DNA of 64,000 bases from Patescibacteria group bacterium (GCA_018816805.1 JAHIVE010000015.1:31104-95103); one strand, 5' to 3'; shown: positions 20,953-31,663, numbered from the stretch's first letter. Notes: generated from the letters alone by a model not told the origin. Program-made: numbers and translations.

Positions 20953-22734
20953 ATGAATAAAGAAGACAAACTTCATGCAATGAGGCACAGCGCGGCGCAT
21001 GTTTTGGCGCAGGCGGTTTTAGATATGTTTCCCGAGGCTAAACTTGGAATTGGTCCTGTAATTGCCGACGGGTTTTATTATGACTTTGAATTGCCCAGGA
21101 CTCTGATCCCGGAGGATCTTTCAATTTTGGAAAAGAAAATGAAGGAAATAATGAAAGCGAAACAGAGGTTTGAGCGTAAAGTTGAGCCGGCTGAAAAGAC
21201 TTTTGAGTTTTTGAAGGAAGCGAGGCAACCGTTTAAGGAAGAGCTTGCGCGGGAGTTTGCTGCGGAAGGCCAGGAGATTTCATTTTATGAAAATGTGGAC
21301 AAAAACGGGAAGGTAAAGTTTGTGGATATGTGTGAGGGGCCGCATGCGGAGGATACCGGGAAGATTGGAGCTGTGAAACTCATGAAAATTGCCGGAGCTT
21401 ATTGGCGCGGGGATGAGAAAAATCCCCAATTGCAGAGAATTTATGGGGCTTGTTTTGAGACTAAGGAGGATTTGCAGGCACATTTGCAAATGCTTGAAGA
21501 GGCTGAGAAGCGGGATCATAGGAAACTTGGGAGGGAGCTTGAGATTTATATGATGAGTGAGGAAGTTGGGGCCGGGTTGCCGCTTTGGATGCCGAACGGT
21601 GCTGTGATTGCGGAGGAACTTGAAAAATTGGCTAAAGAGGTTGAATACAGCGGAGGGTATGACAGAGTTCGGACGCCGCACATTACAAAGGGCGAGCTAT
21701 ATGAAAAATCCGGTCACCTTCCCTACTACGCGGAAAGTATGTATCCGCCAATGGAAATGGACAATGAGAAATACTATTTGAAGCCAATGAATTGTCCTCA
21801 TCATCATTTGATTTTTGGCGGGAAAATGCGGTCGTACCGGGAGATGCCGGTTAGGTTTGCGGAGTATGGACATTGCTACCGGTTTGAGGACAGCGGGGCA
21901 CTTTTTGGGCTTATGAGGGTTAGGTCAATGTGTATGAATGATGCGCATATTTACTGCACTGAAGAGCAATTTCAGGATGAGTTTTTAGCAGTTATTGATA
22001 TTTACAAAAAATATTTTGAGATTTTCGGGATTGAAAAGTACGAGATGCGGCTTTCTTTGCATGACAAAGAGGGTCTGGGTAAAAAGTATGTGGATGAGGA
22101 GAAGCTTTGGATTCAGACGGAAGAGGATGTTCGAAGAGTCATGAAAAAGTCCGGGGTTAAGTTTAGTGAGGCCGAGGGCGAAGCGGCGTTTTACGGGCCC
22201 AAGATTGATGTTGAAATTTGGTCGGCGATTGGGCGTGAATTTACACTGGCGACGAATCAGCTGGATTTTGCGGTGCCAAAGAGGTTTGGGCTTACTTATG
22301 TGGACAAGGACGGAAAAGATAAAACTCCGCTTTGTATTCACAGAGCACCTTTGTCCACTCATGAGCGGTTTATTGGCTTTTTGATTGAGCATTTTGCGGG
22401 GGCTTTCCCAACTTGGCTGGCGCCTGTGCAAGTAACTGTATTGCCTGTTTCTGATAATTTTATGGATTATGCTCAGGAAGTTGCCGCTGAGCTTAAGGCT
22501 GAAGGGGTGAGAGTTAAAGTGGATGATAATAGCGAGAGTTTGGGGAAGAAGATACGCGGGGCGGAGAAAATGAAAATTCCTTGGATGCTGGTGATTGGGG
22601 AAAAGGAGGTGGCTGAAAAAATGGTTGCCGCTCGGAATTATCACAGCAAAAAACAGGAGGTTTACGGGAAAGATGAGTTTAAGAAAATGGTGCTTAAGGA
22701 AATTTGCGAAAGAAGTTTGCCTGCTAAGTCTTAA
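20953..22734 (+). CDS. thrS: Threonine--tRNA ligase, apparently lacking the N-terminal TGS domain
   Basis: MRHSAAH, RDHRKLG, YLKPMNCP, AAFYGPKID and IHRA motifs. Confidence 0.99.
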   Translation: MNKEDKLHAMRHSAAHVLAQAVLDMFPEAKLGIGPVIADGFYYDFELPRTLIPEDLSILEKKMKEIMKAKQRFERKVEPAEKTFEFLKEARQPFKEELAREFAAEGQEISFYENVDKNGKVKFVDMCEGPHAEDTGKIGAVKLMKIAGAYWRGDEKNPQLQRIYGACFETKEDLQAHLQMLEEAEKRDHRKLGRELEIYMMSEEVGAGLPLWMPNGAVIAEELEKLAKEVEYSGGYDRVRTPHITKGELYEKSGHLPYYAESMYPPMEMDNEKYYLKPMNCPHHHLIFGGKMRSYREMPVRFAEYGHCYRFEDSGALFGLMRVRSMCMNDAHIYCTEEQFQDEFLAVIDIYKKYFEIFGIEKYEMRLSLHDKEGLGKKYVDEEKLWIQTEEDVRRVMKKSGVKFSEAEGEAAFYGPKIDVEIWSAIGREFTLATNQLDFAVPKRFGLTYVDKDGKDKTPLCIHRAPLSTHERFIGFLIEHFAGAFPTWLAPVQVTVLPVSDNFMDYAQEVAAELKAEGVRVKVDDNSESLGKKIRGAEKMKIPWMLVIGEKEVAEKMVAARNYHSKKQEVYGKDEFKKMVLKEICERSLPAKS

Positions 22735-25700
22735 GCAGCTTGTTGCTCTTCTCCGGAGCCAAACCAAGAGTTGTTATTTGCCGGGTTTTGTATGCGTTCA
22801 GCATGATCTGGACCAACGTACCATAATGTTTCACCCCAAGGTGGAGGCGTTACTCCGGTGGTTTTCCATGCTTCGTTTTTGTACTTCACTTGTGCTTTTT
22901 TAAGTTTATCCATGTTTTCTTTGGCTCCGTTTTTTGCTTGGTCATCACGGACTTTTTGTAGCATTCGTGAGGCGATTTCCGGATTTTCACTAAATAAGAA
23001 ACGAGTATAAGCACCGGCTGCTTTGTATAGGTCATCTACCGTGTTTATGCTGTCTGTTGCATCTCCAAATATCTTTTTGCCTTCGTATTTTTTCTTTAGA
23101 TTTTCAACAAATTGTTTTACTTGCTCGTTGCTCTTTATGGTGCCGTTGAATAATGGATCAAAGAAATCCGGGTCAAGTTCACGGACGTAAGAGCGGCAAG
23201 TTTCCATGTTTTTGCGAACTGTGTAGTCATTTCCGCGTTTAAACATACTTGTGTATGCTCCAACTGCACGAGGCACTGATTCGTATGCACCGGAACTTCC
23301 CCATCTGAAGAAGGTTTGGTTTTTGTACATGCGTTCTGAGGTGATTGCATCCATGGTGACAAATTGGGAAACGAATCTTACTAGGTCGTCTCTTGTATCA
23401 TCCTTTTTGTCGTATTCGTTGAAAGCAGCGCTGTCCATAAATTGCAAGTGTGCGACGGTCCAGTTTTGCATACCGGTCATAGGGAGTGTGTATCCATTTG
23501 ACTGTTTACGGAGGATTTCTGTTGCGGTGGAGTCGTTGACGTAGGCTAAGAAAGCTGTCGAGTCGTCATGGTCCAGTGTTTGTCCCCCGGTAAACACTTT
23601 ATCAATACGAGTTTGAACACGCTGCAGACGCATTGCCTGTGTCTCAAACCAGTTTAAATACATTGGGCCGGGTTCGTTGTCTTCCCAGTTGAGTGCTGCA
23701 ACCTCACGAATATCTTTTAAGTTTGGTTTTTCACCTCTGGCTGTACTTGAACCAAAATAGTCAATTACAGGATAGTTGTTGATACGTTTTGAGTTAATGG
23801 CGGATCCGCGGTCGGCGCTTAGGAGGCCGGTTGCGATCCCTTGGATGAGATAATAAAGTTTAGCTTCTCCAGTCATTTTTCCGTAGATAATAGAATAATC
23901 GACAGCTTCTTCGTATTCGTGAGGGTCGACTTTTGCTGCTTCACCTTTTTCCTTGTAGCGCTTCAATAAGCCTTTCAAGTGTCTTTGAAGACCTCCAGAA
24001 TATTCGGCGATTCTATTCATTCTTTCTTCATTTTTTTGTTTGCCGCTTTCATAATTTGAGTTGTTTGTGTTGTACCATTCATTAAAGGTGTCGTAGTCCC
24101 AAAGCACACCCACTACTTTTTGGAGGCGGCTCATGAAGCGGCTCATGTCTAATGTTTCTACTGAAATGTCTTCGTCAAAAACAATTTGGTCTTGGAATTT
24201 GTTAAATTGTTTTAGAAGACCGGGGTCATCCCAGCGGATTCTTCCTCTGTCAGCCAACAAATACAAACAAGCTTTCAATTCGTCCTGGTTGTTTGTTGTC
24301 CTAGCGACATCTTGTATTTGCCAGGCGTCTTTGTTCCCGTAAATGTCCTTATAGTGGTTAACTTCCTCTTGCTCCGCTTGTTCTTTCATTTTGTCGAACT
24401 CGTTTGGAAGTGTTTGTACGTAAGGAAGATTTTCTAGTGGTTTTAATACCTTGAATACGGTTTTACCTAAACGCAGATTTTGGTCACGATTATATCTTCT
24501 GGTTGCCCATTCTTTGATTATTTCTCCGGCACGTTTTACGTTTTGAAGTGAAATGAATTGCCATTCGTATCCTGAACCTGGTTCTGGAATATTTTTATAT
24601 AATTCTATGTAACTGGAAATTTTATTTCTTGCGATTTTGATTTCATACATCCCGTTATCTCTGGTCTCATCTAATAATTTGTCGTATTTTTCAAAGGCTT
24701 CGTGGAGTCCATTAGCAAAGCTGATTGTGTCTCCTTTGTCCATTGCTCCGCTTTTTAGGGCATTCAGTTGGAGTCTGAGACCTTGTTGTATTTGGAATTT
24801 GGGCTTGTCACCGGATTTGAAGAGAATTTTTTCTCCTTTTTCGTTCCTGAAATATTCTTCGTCACTAAAAATGTCATCATATATGTTGGAAATGTTGCCC
24901 CAATCTCTAATAATGTTTTTTTGTTTCTCAAGTGTTTCAAGTTCATTCTTTTTATAATCTTCTTCAATGTAGGAATTGTTTTTAATTATTCTTTCAAGTT
25001 CTTCAAGTTCTGAAAGCGTTGCTGCTGCTTCTTGTGACAACTCTTTAGCTTTTGGATCAATATCATTTTTCTTCTTTTCCACAAGCGCTTCGTATTCTCG
25101 TTCCAGCTGATCAATTGAGATTTCGTTGGACCTTGCTTCTTTTGCGTAAGCGTATTGGTCTTCAAGTTTTTTAATTGTTTGATAGACAGCAATGTATTCT
25201 TGGAATGGTTCGTCGTCCGTTAAATTGTTTTTTATTTGTTTGAGAACGGCATCAATTGTGTTTAGGTAATTGTCTTTGAGGTCTTCAAAGTGTTTTGGAG
25301 GCTTAGTTTCCCATCTTTTTTTAAGAAATTTCAAACGTTTGTTGAAGTCCTTGCGCATTTGTTTATAAAGCTCTTTCATTGCTCTATCACGTTGTTTTTC
25401 CATGTCAGCGATTATCTGATCAAGAGCTGCCAACACGTCGTCGCGGGTTTGTAATTTTAGATTGCGAATAGATTTTGGGCTCATATTGAATCCACTTTTA
25501 AAGCGACCGGCATCCATGGCTTGATACATGGATGCGAACTCTTCCTGAAGTCTGTTTATTGGGCCAATCCATCTTAAATCTTCCATTATGTCATCCGGAA
25601 CGTCGGCTTTTTGAAGACGTACTTTCATTTTGTTGAAAGATTTTACGTAGCCATCAAAACCGTGATATTCCGTAAACATTGCATTCCATGTTCTTTCAAT

Positions 25701-26297
25701 ACTTTCACGGTCACCTGACTCAAAGTAGACCGCTTCCGGGCCCGGAATTATTGTTGGCACTTTTTCTTTTGTATTGAAGGCTTCTGAAGTTGGTGGAACT
25801 GAAAGTTCTTCAACGTTGCCTCCTCCAGTTCTTTTCTTTGCCGGGGCTAGAAATTCTGGTGTGACTAATCCACGGTTTCTTGCTTGATCATCCACAATAA
25901 GAAGGAAATAATTGCCTTCTTGCGGTGAGCCGGCCTTTCCTCTGTATCCTCTTAATCTGTGGGTTCCTATGGTTAGTTCCCAGTTCAGATAGTCATATGC
26001 TGCATTAAGTTGTTGATCTGTGGGTGCGTTTTGGGTGATTTCAGTTCCGGGTTGAATCCATGCTTCAATTTCAGTGAGCGGGATTTTTCTGTTGTTTGCG
26101 GAAAGTATGTCTCTTTCCACTTTTAGTTCAACAATGTCGTTGTTTTTTGTTAAAAGCTCATTCTGTCCAAGTGTAGGACCGGATTCATGAGTTCCACCGG
26201 TTCCCGTTGGGCCGCCGTTTGCAAAGACAAGTGATCCTCCCCCTAGAATGAGGTTTTTTTCTGAGTCCTGCTGATTGTGGTATCTGTGTGTTCGCAT
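22731..26297 (-). CDS. Large hypothetical coiled-coil protein (1188 aa)
   Basis: Long ORF with its own promoter; no motif recognised. Confidence 0.85.
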   Translation of the reverse strand: MRTHRYHNQQDSEKNLILGGGSLVFANGGPTGTGGTHESGPTLGQNELLTKNNDIVELKVERDILSANNRKIPLTEIEAWIQPGTEITQNAPTDQQLNAAYDYLNWELTIGTHRLRGYRGKAGSPQEGNYFLLIVDDQARNRGLVTPEFLAPAKKRTGGGNVEELSVPPTSEAFNTKEKVPTIIPGPEAVYFESGDRESIERTWNAMFTEYHGFDGYVKSFNKMKVRLQKADVPDDIMEDLRWIGPINRLQEEFASMYQAMDAGRFKSGFNMSPKSIRNLKLQTRDDVLAALDQIIADMEKQRDRAMKELYKQMRKDFNKRLKFLKKRWETKPPKHFEDLKDNYLNTIDAVLKQIKNNLTDDEPFQEYIAVYQTIKKLEDQYAYAKEARSNEISIDQLEREYEALVEKKKNDIDPKAKELSQEAAATLSELEELERIIKNNSYIEEDYKKNELETLEKQKNIIRDWGNISNIYDDIFSDEEYFRNEKGEKILFKSGDKPKFQIQQGLRLQLNALKSGAMDKGDTISFANGLHEAFEKYDKLLDETRDNGMYEIKIARNKISSYIELYKNIPEPGSGYEWQFISLQNVKRAGEIIKEWATRRYNRDQNLRLGKTVFKVLKPLENLPYVQTLPNEFDKMKEQAEQEEVNHYKDIYGNKDAWQIQDVARTTNNQDELKACLYLLADRGRIRWDDPGLLKQFNKFQDQIVFDEDISVETLDMSRFMSRLQKVVGVLWDYDTFNEWYNTNNSNYESGKQKNEERMNRIAEYSGGLQRHLKGLLKRYKEKGEAAKVDPHEYEEAVDYSIIYGKMTGEAKLYYLIQGIATGLLSADRGSAINSKRINNYPVIDYFGSSTARGEKPNLKDIREVAALNWEDNEPGPMYLNWFETQAMRLQRVQTRIDKVFTGGQTLDHDDSTAFLAYVNDSTATEILRKQSNGYTLPMTGMQNWTVAHLQFMDSAAFNEYDKKDDTRDDLVRFVSQFVTMDAITSERMYKNQTFFRWGSSGAYESVPRAVGAYTSMFKRGNDYTVRKNMETCRSYVRELDPDFFDPLFNGTIKSNEQVKQFVENLKKKYEGKKIFGDATDSINTVDDLYKAAGAYTRFLFSENPEIASRMLQKVRDDQAKNGAKENMDKLKKAQVKYKNEAWKTTGVTPPPWGETLWYVGPDHAERIQNPANNNSWFGSGEEQQAA

Positions 26298-26415
26298 ATC
26301 AGGTGGGTGATAAGGCTTCCTTTTTGGAAGCGAGAGAGAGGAGTAGCTTAGCTATTTAAGCTAAGCGGACTCTTCCCTCACAATCACCCTGATTGGATCA
26401 CAGATTTGATCGTAG
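26298..26415 (-). promoter_or_regulatory. Structured 5' UTR (multi-stem junction abutting the ATG)
   Basis: Complementary pairs atcagg/cctgat, gggtgat/atcaccc, gcttcc/ggaagc, gcttagct/agctaagc, gatca/tgatc. Confidence 0.6.
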
Positions 26416-26422
26416 GAGGGTA

Positions 26423-26450
26423 ATTGTATCACGTTGTGTTAATTTGTCAA
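26423..26450 (-). promoter_or_regulatory. Sigma70-type promoter
   Basis: TTGACA-16 bp-TACAAT with extended TG on the minus strand. Confidence 0.65.
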
Positions 26451-26471
26451 GTTTGGGTTAATTTTGGGTTA

Positions 26472-28391
26472 TTATCCAGGCGCTCCGTCTGCTGGGGGTG
26501 GTGCTGGTGTTGGCGGAGCTGCTGGGGGTGGTGTTGCAGCTGCTGAAGTTCCTTTTCTCAGTGCTCCTTGAACAGTTTCACCTACTTGACCCTGAAAAGG
26601 TCCTTCGTTTTGTAGGATTGTATCAAGTTCTTCAAAGTTCCTATTTCGGCCTGCTTGTTGAACTCTTTCAACGAGGTTCTTTTTATCTTGCTCGCTCATT
26701 TGAGATCTATTTATTGCGTTGGTCATGGCTGCTGTTACCATTGTGATATCTGCGTTTACTATTCCCAAATTAAGGGCGTCACGGAGATATTTAATTGAAT
26801 TTTCTGCAGTGGTTTGTTCGGCGGCGCTGCGTAGTAATTTTTGAGTTTGCCCCTCTTCTAGACCAATCATGCCCATTAGTGCTTGGGTTTGTGCTTCAGT
26901 GTTGGCAAAACCTGAAAGTCCTTGTTGCCAAGGTGTTTCACCTCTTTGGACTTGCTCAATTACTCGTGAAGGTACATTCATGAAAGCTGCAGGAGACCAC
27001 ATTTGTTCTGGTTGACCGGCTGCGGTTCTAACCGGAATAATTGGTAAGAATTTAGGTGATGAAGCTACCCCTTTGGCGATTGTTTCTGAGAATGATTTAA
27101 TTCCGCCGACAATTCCCTCGGCGTAAGTACCTTGGGCGGCTGCAAAGACACCTGTCCAAACCACAACAACACTTGTGATGGCTATCATGATTTGTTGAAG
27201 ATCTGAAATTCCGGTTATTAGGAATTCGCCTTTAAGGATTGCGTCAACTTTTGTGGCTGTAAATGCGGCACTGGCACCTCCCACAACGTTGGATAGGGCG
27301 TCCACCATTAAATATCCTATGGTCATAACCAGTCCAATAACAATTGGGGCTATAAGATGTTTGATTACTTTTTGTGAAACATCTCCGCCGCCACCTCCAA
27401 GCTCTTTGAATTGGGGTACAACGTATGTGAGTACAAGTATTGGAGATAAAGCCAATGCGGTCCAAAGAACAACAACGCGGAAGATTAGCAGAAGACCCAG
27501 TACTACATAAGAAACTGCAAATACCACGTACATTACCAGGGCAAAAATGGAATTAAGCAAAAGCTCTTTGTAATCCGTGACTTCCGAACTTACGTAAGGC
27601 AGTGTTGTGAGAGCTCCCATGTTTGTTGCCATGAGAATTCCAATGTTATTTGTGCTGAGCCTTGAGAAAACACTATTTTGTGCAATTGTACTCAAATTTC
27701 CGGTTGGAACATCCTTCGTTGCTTCTTCCGTCCCAAATTCACAAAACAGGTTGGTTTGAATGGGCAATTTGTCGCCTTTGGAGTAATGGGTGACTTCCTG
27801 AGTTTGTTCGTTATATGATTTGTTACAAACCGACCGTGTAAATGTATCTACGTCTTTGTTGAAGTCGAATTCGTCAGTTTTTGTCAGTTCAAGTGGCAAA
27901 CCAAAGACAGCTGTTGTTGCTATGCTTGAAATGTCAATTATTATCTTTCCTCCCAAGAAAGTGAAGTTTACCAAAATTATACCTATTATAAGTTTTGGCA
28001 GTGCTGTTTTGAGGGCAAGATTACCTTCGTTTCCAAGGCCTAATATGTTGTAAAAGGCAATTGCAATCATTACCAAGACAAAAATTACGTTCACAATGTT
28101 ACGAACCTCCACCCAAATGCCGAGCAACCTTTCTTCCATTCCGGGCCCAATAATTATGTCACTGTCCATCAAGTCGCCTATCATTAAAAGGAAAGGCCAA
28201 AGCAAAACATTCAAGAAATTTATTCCGTATTGGATCAGTGTGCCTAAACTTTCCGTGGTTTTATCTGCGGTTGTCTCTGCGGCGAATGCCATTTTTGGTA
28301 TCAAAACAATGCAGACAGCCAACATCAGGGGAACGATTATTCCTTTTCTTTTCCAGAGAATCTGCGTGATGTTTTTCAGAAAGTTTTTCAT
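26472..28391 (-). CDS. Polytopic membrane protein, possibly VirB6/TrbL-like
   Basis: Signal peptide, several TM helices, WVEVRNIVN...LPKLIIGIILVNF segment, Pro-rich tail; the family assignment is tentative. Confidence 0.6.
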   Translation of the reverse strand: MKNFLKNITQILWKRKGIIVPLMLAVCIVLIPKMAFAAETTADKTTESLGTLIQYGINFLNVLLWPFLLMIGDLMDSDIIIGPGMEERLLGIWVEVRNIVNVIFVLVMIAIAFYNILGLGNEGNLALKTALPKLIIGIILVNFTFLGGKIIIDISSIATTAVFGLPLELTKTDEFDFNKDVDTFTRSVCNKSYNEQTQEVTHYSKGDKLPIQTNLFCEFGTEEATKDVPTGNLSTIAQNSVFSRLSTNNIGILMATNMGALTTLPYVSSEVTDYKELLLNSIFALVMYVVFAVSYVVLGLLLIFRVVVLWTALALSPILVLTYVVPQFKELGGGGGDVSQKVIKHLIAPIVIGLVMTIGYLMVDALSNVVGGASAAFTATKVDAILKGEFLITGISDLQQIMIAITSVVVVWTGVFAAAQGTYAEGIVGGIKSFSETIAKGVASSPKFLPIIPVRTAAGQPEQMWSPAAFMNVPSRVIEQVQRGETPWQQGLSGFANTEAQTQALMGMIGLEEGQTQKLLRSAAEQTTAENSIKYLRDALNLGIVNADITMVTAAMTNAINRSQMSEQDKKNLVERVQQAGRNRNFEELDTILQNEGPFQGQVGETVQGALRKGTSAAATPPPAAPPTPAPPPADGAPG

Positions 28392-29552
28392 TTACATGTT
28401 AACTATCATGCTAATAAAAAGGGGTAGTCCGCCTGCTACAGCTCCGGTTCCGGCAATTATGCCGCCTCCAATTAAGCCTTTTACAAGTGGCTGAGTGACT
28501 TTGTTCTTTGGTTCTTTTGTTTTTTCTTCTTTGCTTTGAGCTGACAGTACTTTTCTTTGTTCTTCTTCTGCTTCTTCATAGCGGGCTTCTTCACGCACTT
28601 GGGCTTCTTCAATTGATTGTCTTTTCCTGGCTACTCTGGCTTTTGCCGCCATAATGTTTGGCAGAGGGATTTGTGTTTCTTCCGGAATTTCCAGCGACGC
28701 GGCCTTGAATGGCGGAATTTCATGCATTGCTTCAACTTTTGGAATTGTGTAAGACATTGCCTCCGCTGCGGCCTGGAATGCTTTTCCGCGAGCTGCTGCG
28801 TTGGATTGTGAGACCTGTTCAAGTACCAACTCTTCTTGAGAAACCGGGCCGGTTCCGGGTTCAATTTGAGATTGTCCAAATTCTTCCGGCAAGAGAGTTT
28901 CTGTAACTTTTCGTGAAACTCCTTGTTGGTTTGTAAAAGTGAATTCAAGCGGTTGGTAAAGTGGCTGAGTTGTGTCTACTGCTACTGAGTAAGAAACATT
29001 TTGAGGGCTTACTGCTTCAATTTTTACCACGTGATTATCAACAACCCCGCTTTTAACTAAAAAGCGTTGATCTACAAGTTTTTTACGGGTTGCAAGGAGA
29101 ATTTGTTGATCAAATATCTCCTGAATGTCCGTTGTGGTGGTAATTAGGGTCGGTGAAAGGAAAATGTATTTTAACGGATCTACATTAGCGGCTTCTTCCG
29201 CTGTCATTATAACCTCAAAAGTAATCCCTTGATTGTTGCTGGCAAGCAATAATTGTCCGCGGAGAGCAAGTTGTCGTTTTTGTCTGGCTTCGTCAGAATT
29301 GCCGGTTACCAGTACATTTATGTCACGTTTGATACTTTCGTCTAACCAGTTTGTGAAATCTTGAGTTTTTTCTTCATCTGAGAGGATGAGAATTGAATTG
29401 CCTTTTTCAGCAACGTAGGAGAGGAATTTCTCCTTGTAGCCGACCGGCATGTTGCTTTTTTCCACAAATTGCATCAGTTCATCCGCGCTTGTGGCTTGCG
29501 GAAGCGATTCTATGAAGTCGAGTTTGAACTGGTTTTGGCTTTGTAAAATCAT
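28392..29552 (-). CDS. Hypothetical protein with C-terminal TM anchor
   Basis: Abuts or overlaps both neighbours; Gly-rich hydrophobic C-terminus. Confidence 0.75.
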   Translation of the reverse strand: MILQSQNQFKLDFIESLPQATSADELMQFVEKSNMPVGYKEKFLSYVAEKGNSILILSDEEKTQDFTNWLDESIKRDINVLVTGNSDEARQKRQLALRGQLLLASNNQGITFEVIMTAEEAANVDPLKYIFLSPTLITTTTDIQEIFDQQILLATRKKLVDQRFLVKSGVVDNHVVKIEAVSPQNVSYSVAVDTTQPLYQPLEFTFTNQQGVSRKVTETLLPEEFGQSQIEPGTGPVSQEELVLEQVSQSNAAARGKAFQAAAEAMSYTIPKVEAMHEIPPFKAASLEIPEETQIPLPNIMAAKARVARKRQSIEEAQVREEARYEEAEEEQRKVLSAQSKEEKTKEPKNKVTQPLVKGLIGGGIIAGTGAVAGGLPLFISMIVNM

Positions 29553-31060
29553 GCTATTTGAGATACACCTTGAGCGTCCAAGGATTCATTTATAAATATT
29601 TTTTGGCTATTGCCGTCTTTTTTACCCATGCCGTTTTCTGTGCGGTATAAGATTGCGGCAATTTGTTTTATTTCAGTTTCAAGTTTTTCTTTTGGAATGT
29701 GGCGGTATTTTTCCGATAGTGATTCGTATTGGATGCCAAGGTCTTCCAGGGTGAAATCCGTGAGCGGTTTGCCGTTTTTTTCATTGCGCTGAACTTGTCC
29801 GGCAATTCTGTCTGCGTTGTGGTAGTAAAATTCCGTTATTGGTCTGTTCAGACTGAGCATTGTAACTGTGTCTGATTCAATTTTGCTTTGCTTTTGTACG
29901 TTTACTTCAGCTGTGAATGCCTTCCCTTGAAGTGCTTCAGAGACTCTTCGCGTTGTAATACCATGTCCAATTCCGCCTGTGTATTCGTCTACAGCTGCAG
30001 CAAATACACCGACTGAACCCCAAAATGCTGGGTTTGCATAATCTCCTTGCAGGACAAGTGGCAGATTTGCTATGCCCGTCCACAGAGCTACGTTTTTAAT
30101 TACAAACCAGCCGACAATACCCTCAACCGAGAGTAATTTCCCGGCGAGATTTTGATGGTAAGCTCGTTGAAGATTTTCAACGGCTTGTTTTCTGATGTCT
30201 GAAAATGTCTTGATGTCCGACTGCATTTTTTCACTTAAAATGCTTTGCATGGCGATTTGGAATTCTCCAGCTCTTTTTGGAAAGCGGGAAATTGCGTCCT
30301 TACAAAGTTGTTCTCCCTGAATTGGTGTTATGTAACGCGTTAGCACCAGATTAGAAATTAGTTTTTGGGCGCCTTGTGTGTCTAAAATTTTTGAAAGTAG
30401 GGTGAGTCTTTGGCTTTCTGAAAGTACGTCCAGGAAGGCAAAAGCTCGGTATGTTTTTATACGTTGGTATGCCTGGGCGGGATTGTCAGAAGAATGTGAA
30501 ATTAATTCTCGCATTTCATTTTCCATACGTGTCCACTCTCCTTGTGTTGGTTCTTTTCCTTCAGACAGTTTACTGATTAATTGGATGTAATCTTTTGGAA
30601 TTTCCCTGCCCAATGATTCGGGTGATATTCCCACGCTTTCAAGTAGTGATGTTGTGTCCAGGTTTTGAAGAAGTTTGAATTGTTTTTCAACAAAAGTGGC
30701 AAGCTCTTCCAGATTGCTGATTTTTTTGTCTTGGTTGCCGGCCATGCTGAGCATGAGGTCAAAACGTAGGATCAGACTGTTCATGAGGGCTTGTTGTTTC
30801 TCCAGATACCACTGAGGTGTTTTTTCAGTGTGTGCCTCTATATCTTTTTTTCGAATTTCTTGCACCAAGTTGTAAACTTCAGCAGATTTTTTCAGAAATA
30901 TACTCTCGAGTGTATTTTTTGTTGATAAACCTCGCTCGTATGTGCCAATGACGATATCTATTCGTTTGTTGATTGAAGTTTTGCCATCTTCCACTGACTT
31001 TTTCAGTTGTTCTTGGAGACTTTTGTCCAGTTTCGGTATTTCAGGGTTTTCGAAAGCCAT
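29549..31060 (-). CDS. Hypothetical protein with internal hydrophobic hairpin
   Basis: Likely start MAFENPE at 31060; ATGA overlap with the next gene. Confidence 0.75.
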   Translation of the reverse strand: MAFENPEIPKLDKSLQEQLKKSVEDGKTSINKRIDIVIGTYERGLSTKNTLESIFLKKSAEVYNLVQEIRKKDIEAHTEKTPQWYLEKQQALMNSLILRFDLMLSMAGNQDKKISNLEELATFVEKQFKLLQNLDTTSLLESVGISPESLGREIPKDYIQLISKLSEGKEPTQGEWTRMENEMRELISHSSDNPAQAYQRIKTYRAFAFLDVLSESQRLTLLSKILDTQGAQKLISNLVLTRYITPIQGEQLCKDAISRFPKRAGEFQIAMQSILSEKMQSDIKTFSDIRKQAVENLQRAYHQNLAGKLLSVEGIVGWFVIKNVALWTGIANLPLVLQGDYANPAFWGSVGVFAAAVDEYTGGIGHGITTRRVSEALQGKAFTAEVNVQKQSKIESDTVTMLSLNRPITEFYYHNADRIAGQVQRNEKNGKPLTDFTLEDLGIQYESLSEKYRHIPKEKLETEIKQIAAILYRTENGMGKKDGNSQKIFINESLDAQGVSQIA

Positions 31061-31068
31061 GTGGCGAT

Positions 31069-31590
31069 TTAAGCTAAACGTAAAATTCGAATAATAAGAT
31101 CCAAAAATGATTCTTGCTTTCCTTCCCACTCGGGTATTTGAGTGACAAGTAGAGTTCGAATTGGGGATGGATCCAAATTTTGCAGAGGAATTACAATTTC
31201 AGGGTGTGTTTTTCGGTTTGTCAGTAATCTTATTTCGTTTAGGTATGGCGGGTCGTGAAGAATCCAGAATCTCTTTATTTCACTGAATGCCAGTTTTGTT
31301 GAACCGAATTTTATCCCGTACGGAGAAATAATCACTTCAAGCATTTTTGGTTTTTTCCTGTGTTCCAAAACAATCAGGAGAGGCAAAAGTGCAAATACTA
31401 AAATCATTGACCAGGAGTGTGTGTAAAATGCATATGCAAGCAGTCCTGCGTCAATTGTGGCTGCAATAAAAAACCAGATTGGGCCGCGTTCGTAACGGGT
31501 GAATTCAGGACTGTACCACTTCATCCAAACCTGTTCGAATGAATTTTGGGTTTGCTCTGAATTATTTTTATTTTTGGTTTTCCCGGCCAT
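31069..31590 (-). CDS. Two-TM hypothetical membrane protein (CPR-type, PH-like C-terminus)
   Basis: W.SPEF..YER...WF motif, two TM segments, I.RFWI motif. Confidence 0.75.
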   Translation of the reverse strand: MAGKTKNKNNSEQTQNSFEQVWMKWYSPEFTRYERGPIWFFIAATIDAGLLAYAFYTHSWSMILVFALLPLLIVLEHRKKPKMLEVIISPYGIKFGSTKLAFSEIKRFWILHDPPYLNEIRLLTNRKTHPEIVIPLQNLDPSPIRTLLVTQIPEWEGKQESFLDLIIRILRLA

Positions 31591-31663
31591 GCGTGGTTTT
31601 TTATTTTTTTATCTAATAATTCTAGCACAAAACGCCATTTTTTTCAAGTAGTCCATGTATGCA

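Noticed and set aside
21985..22767. 260-aa minus-strand ORF and similar overlapping ORFs elsewhere
   Set aside because: Antisense shadows of well-supported genes such as thrS, uvrA, mutS and purH, with no recognisable motifs.
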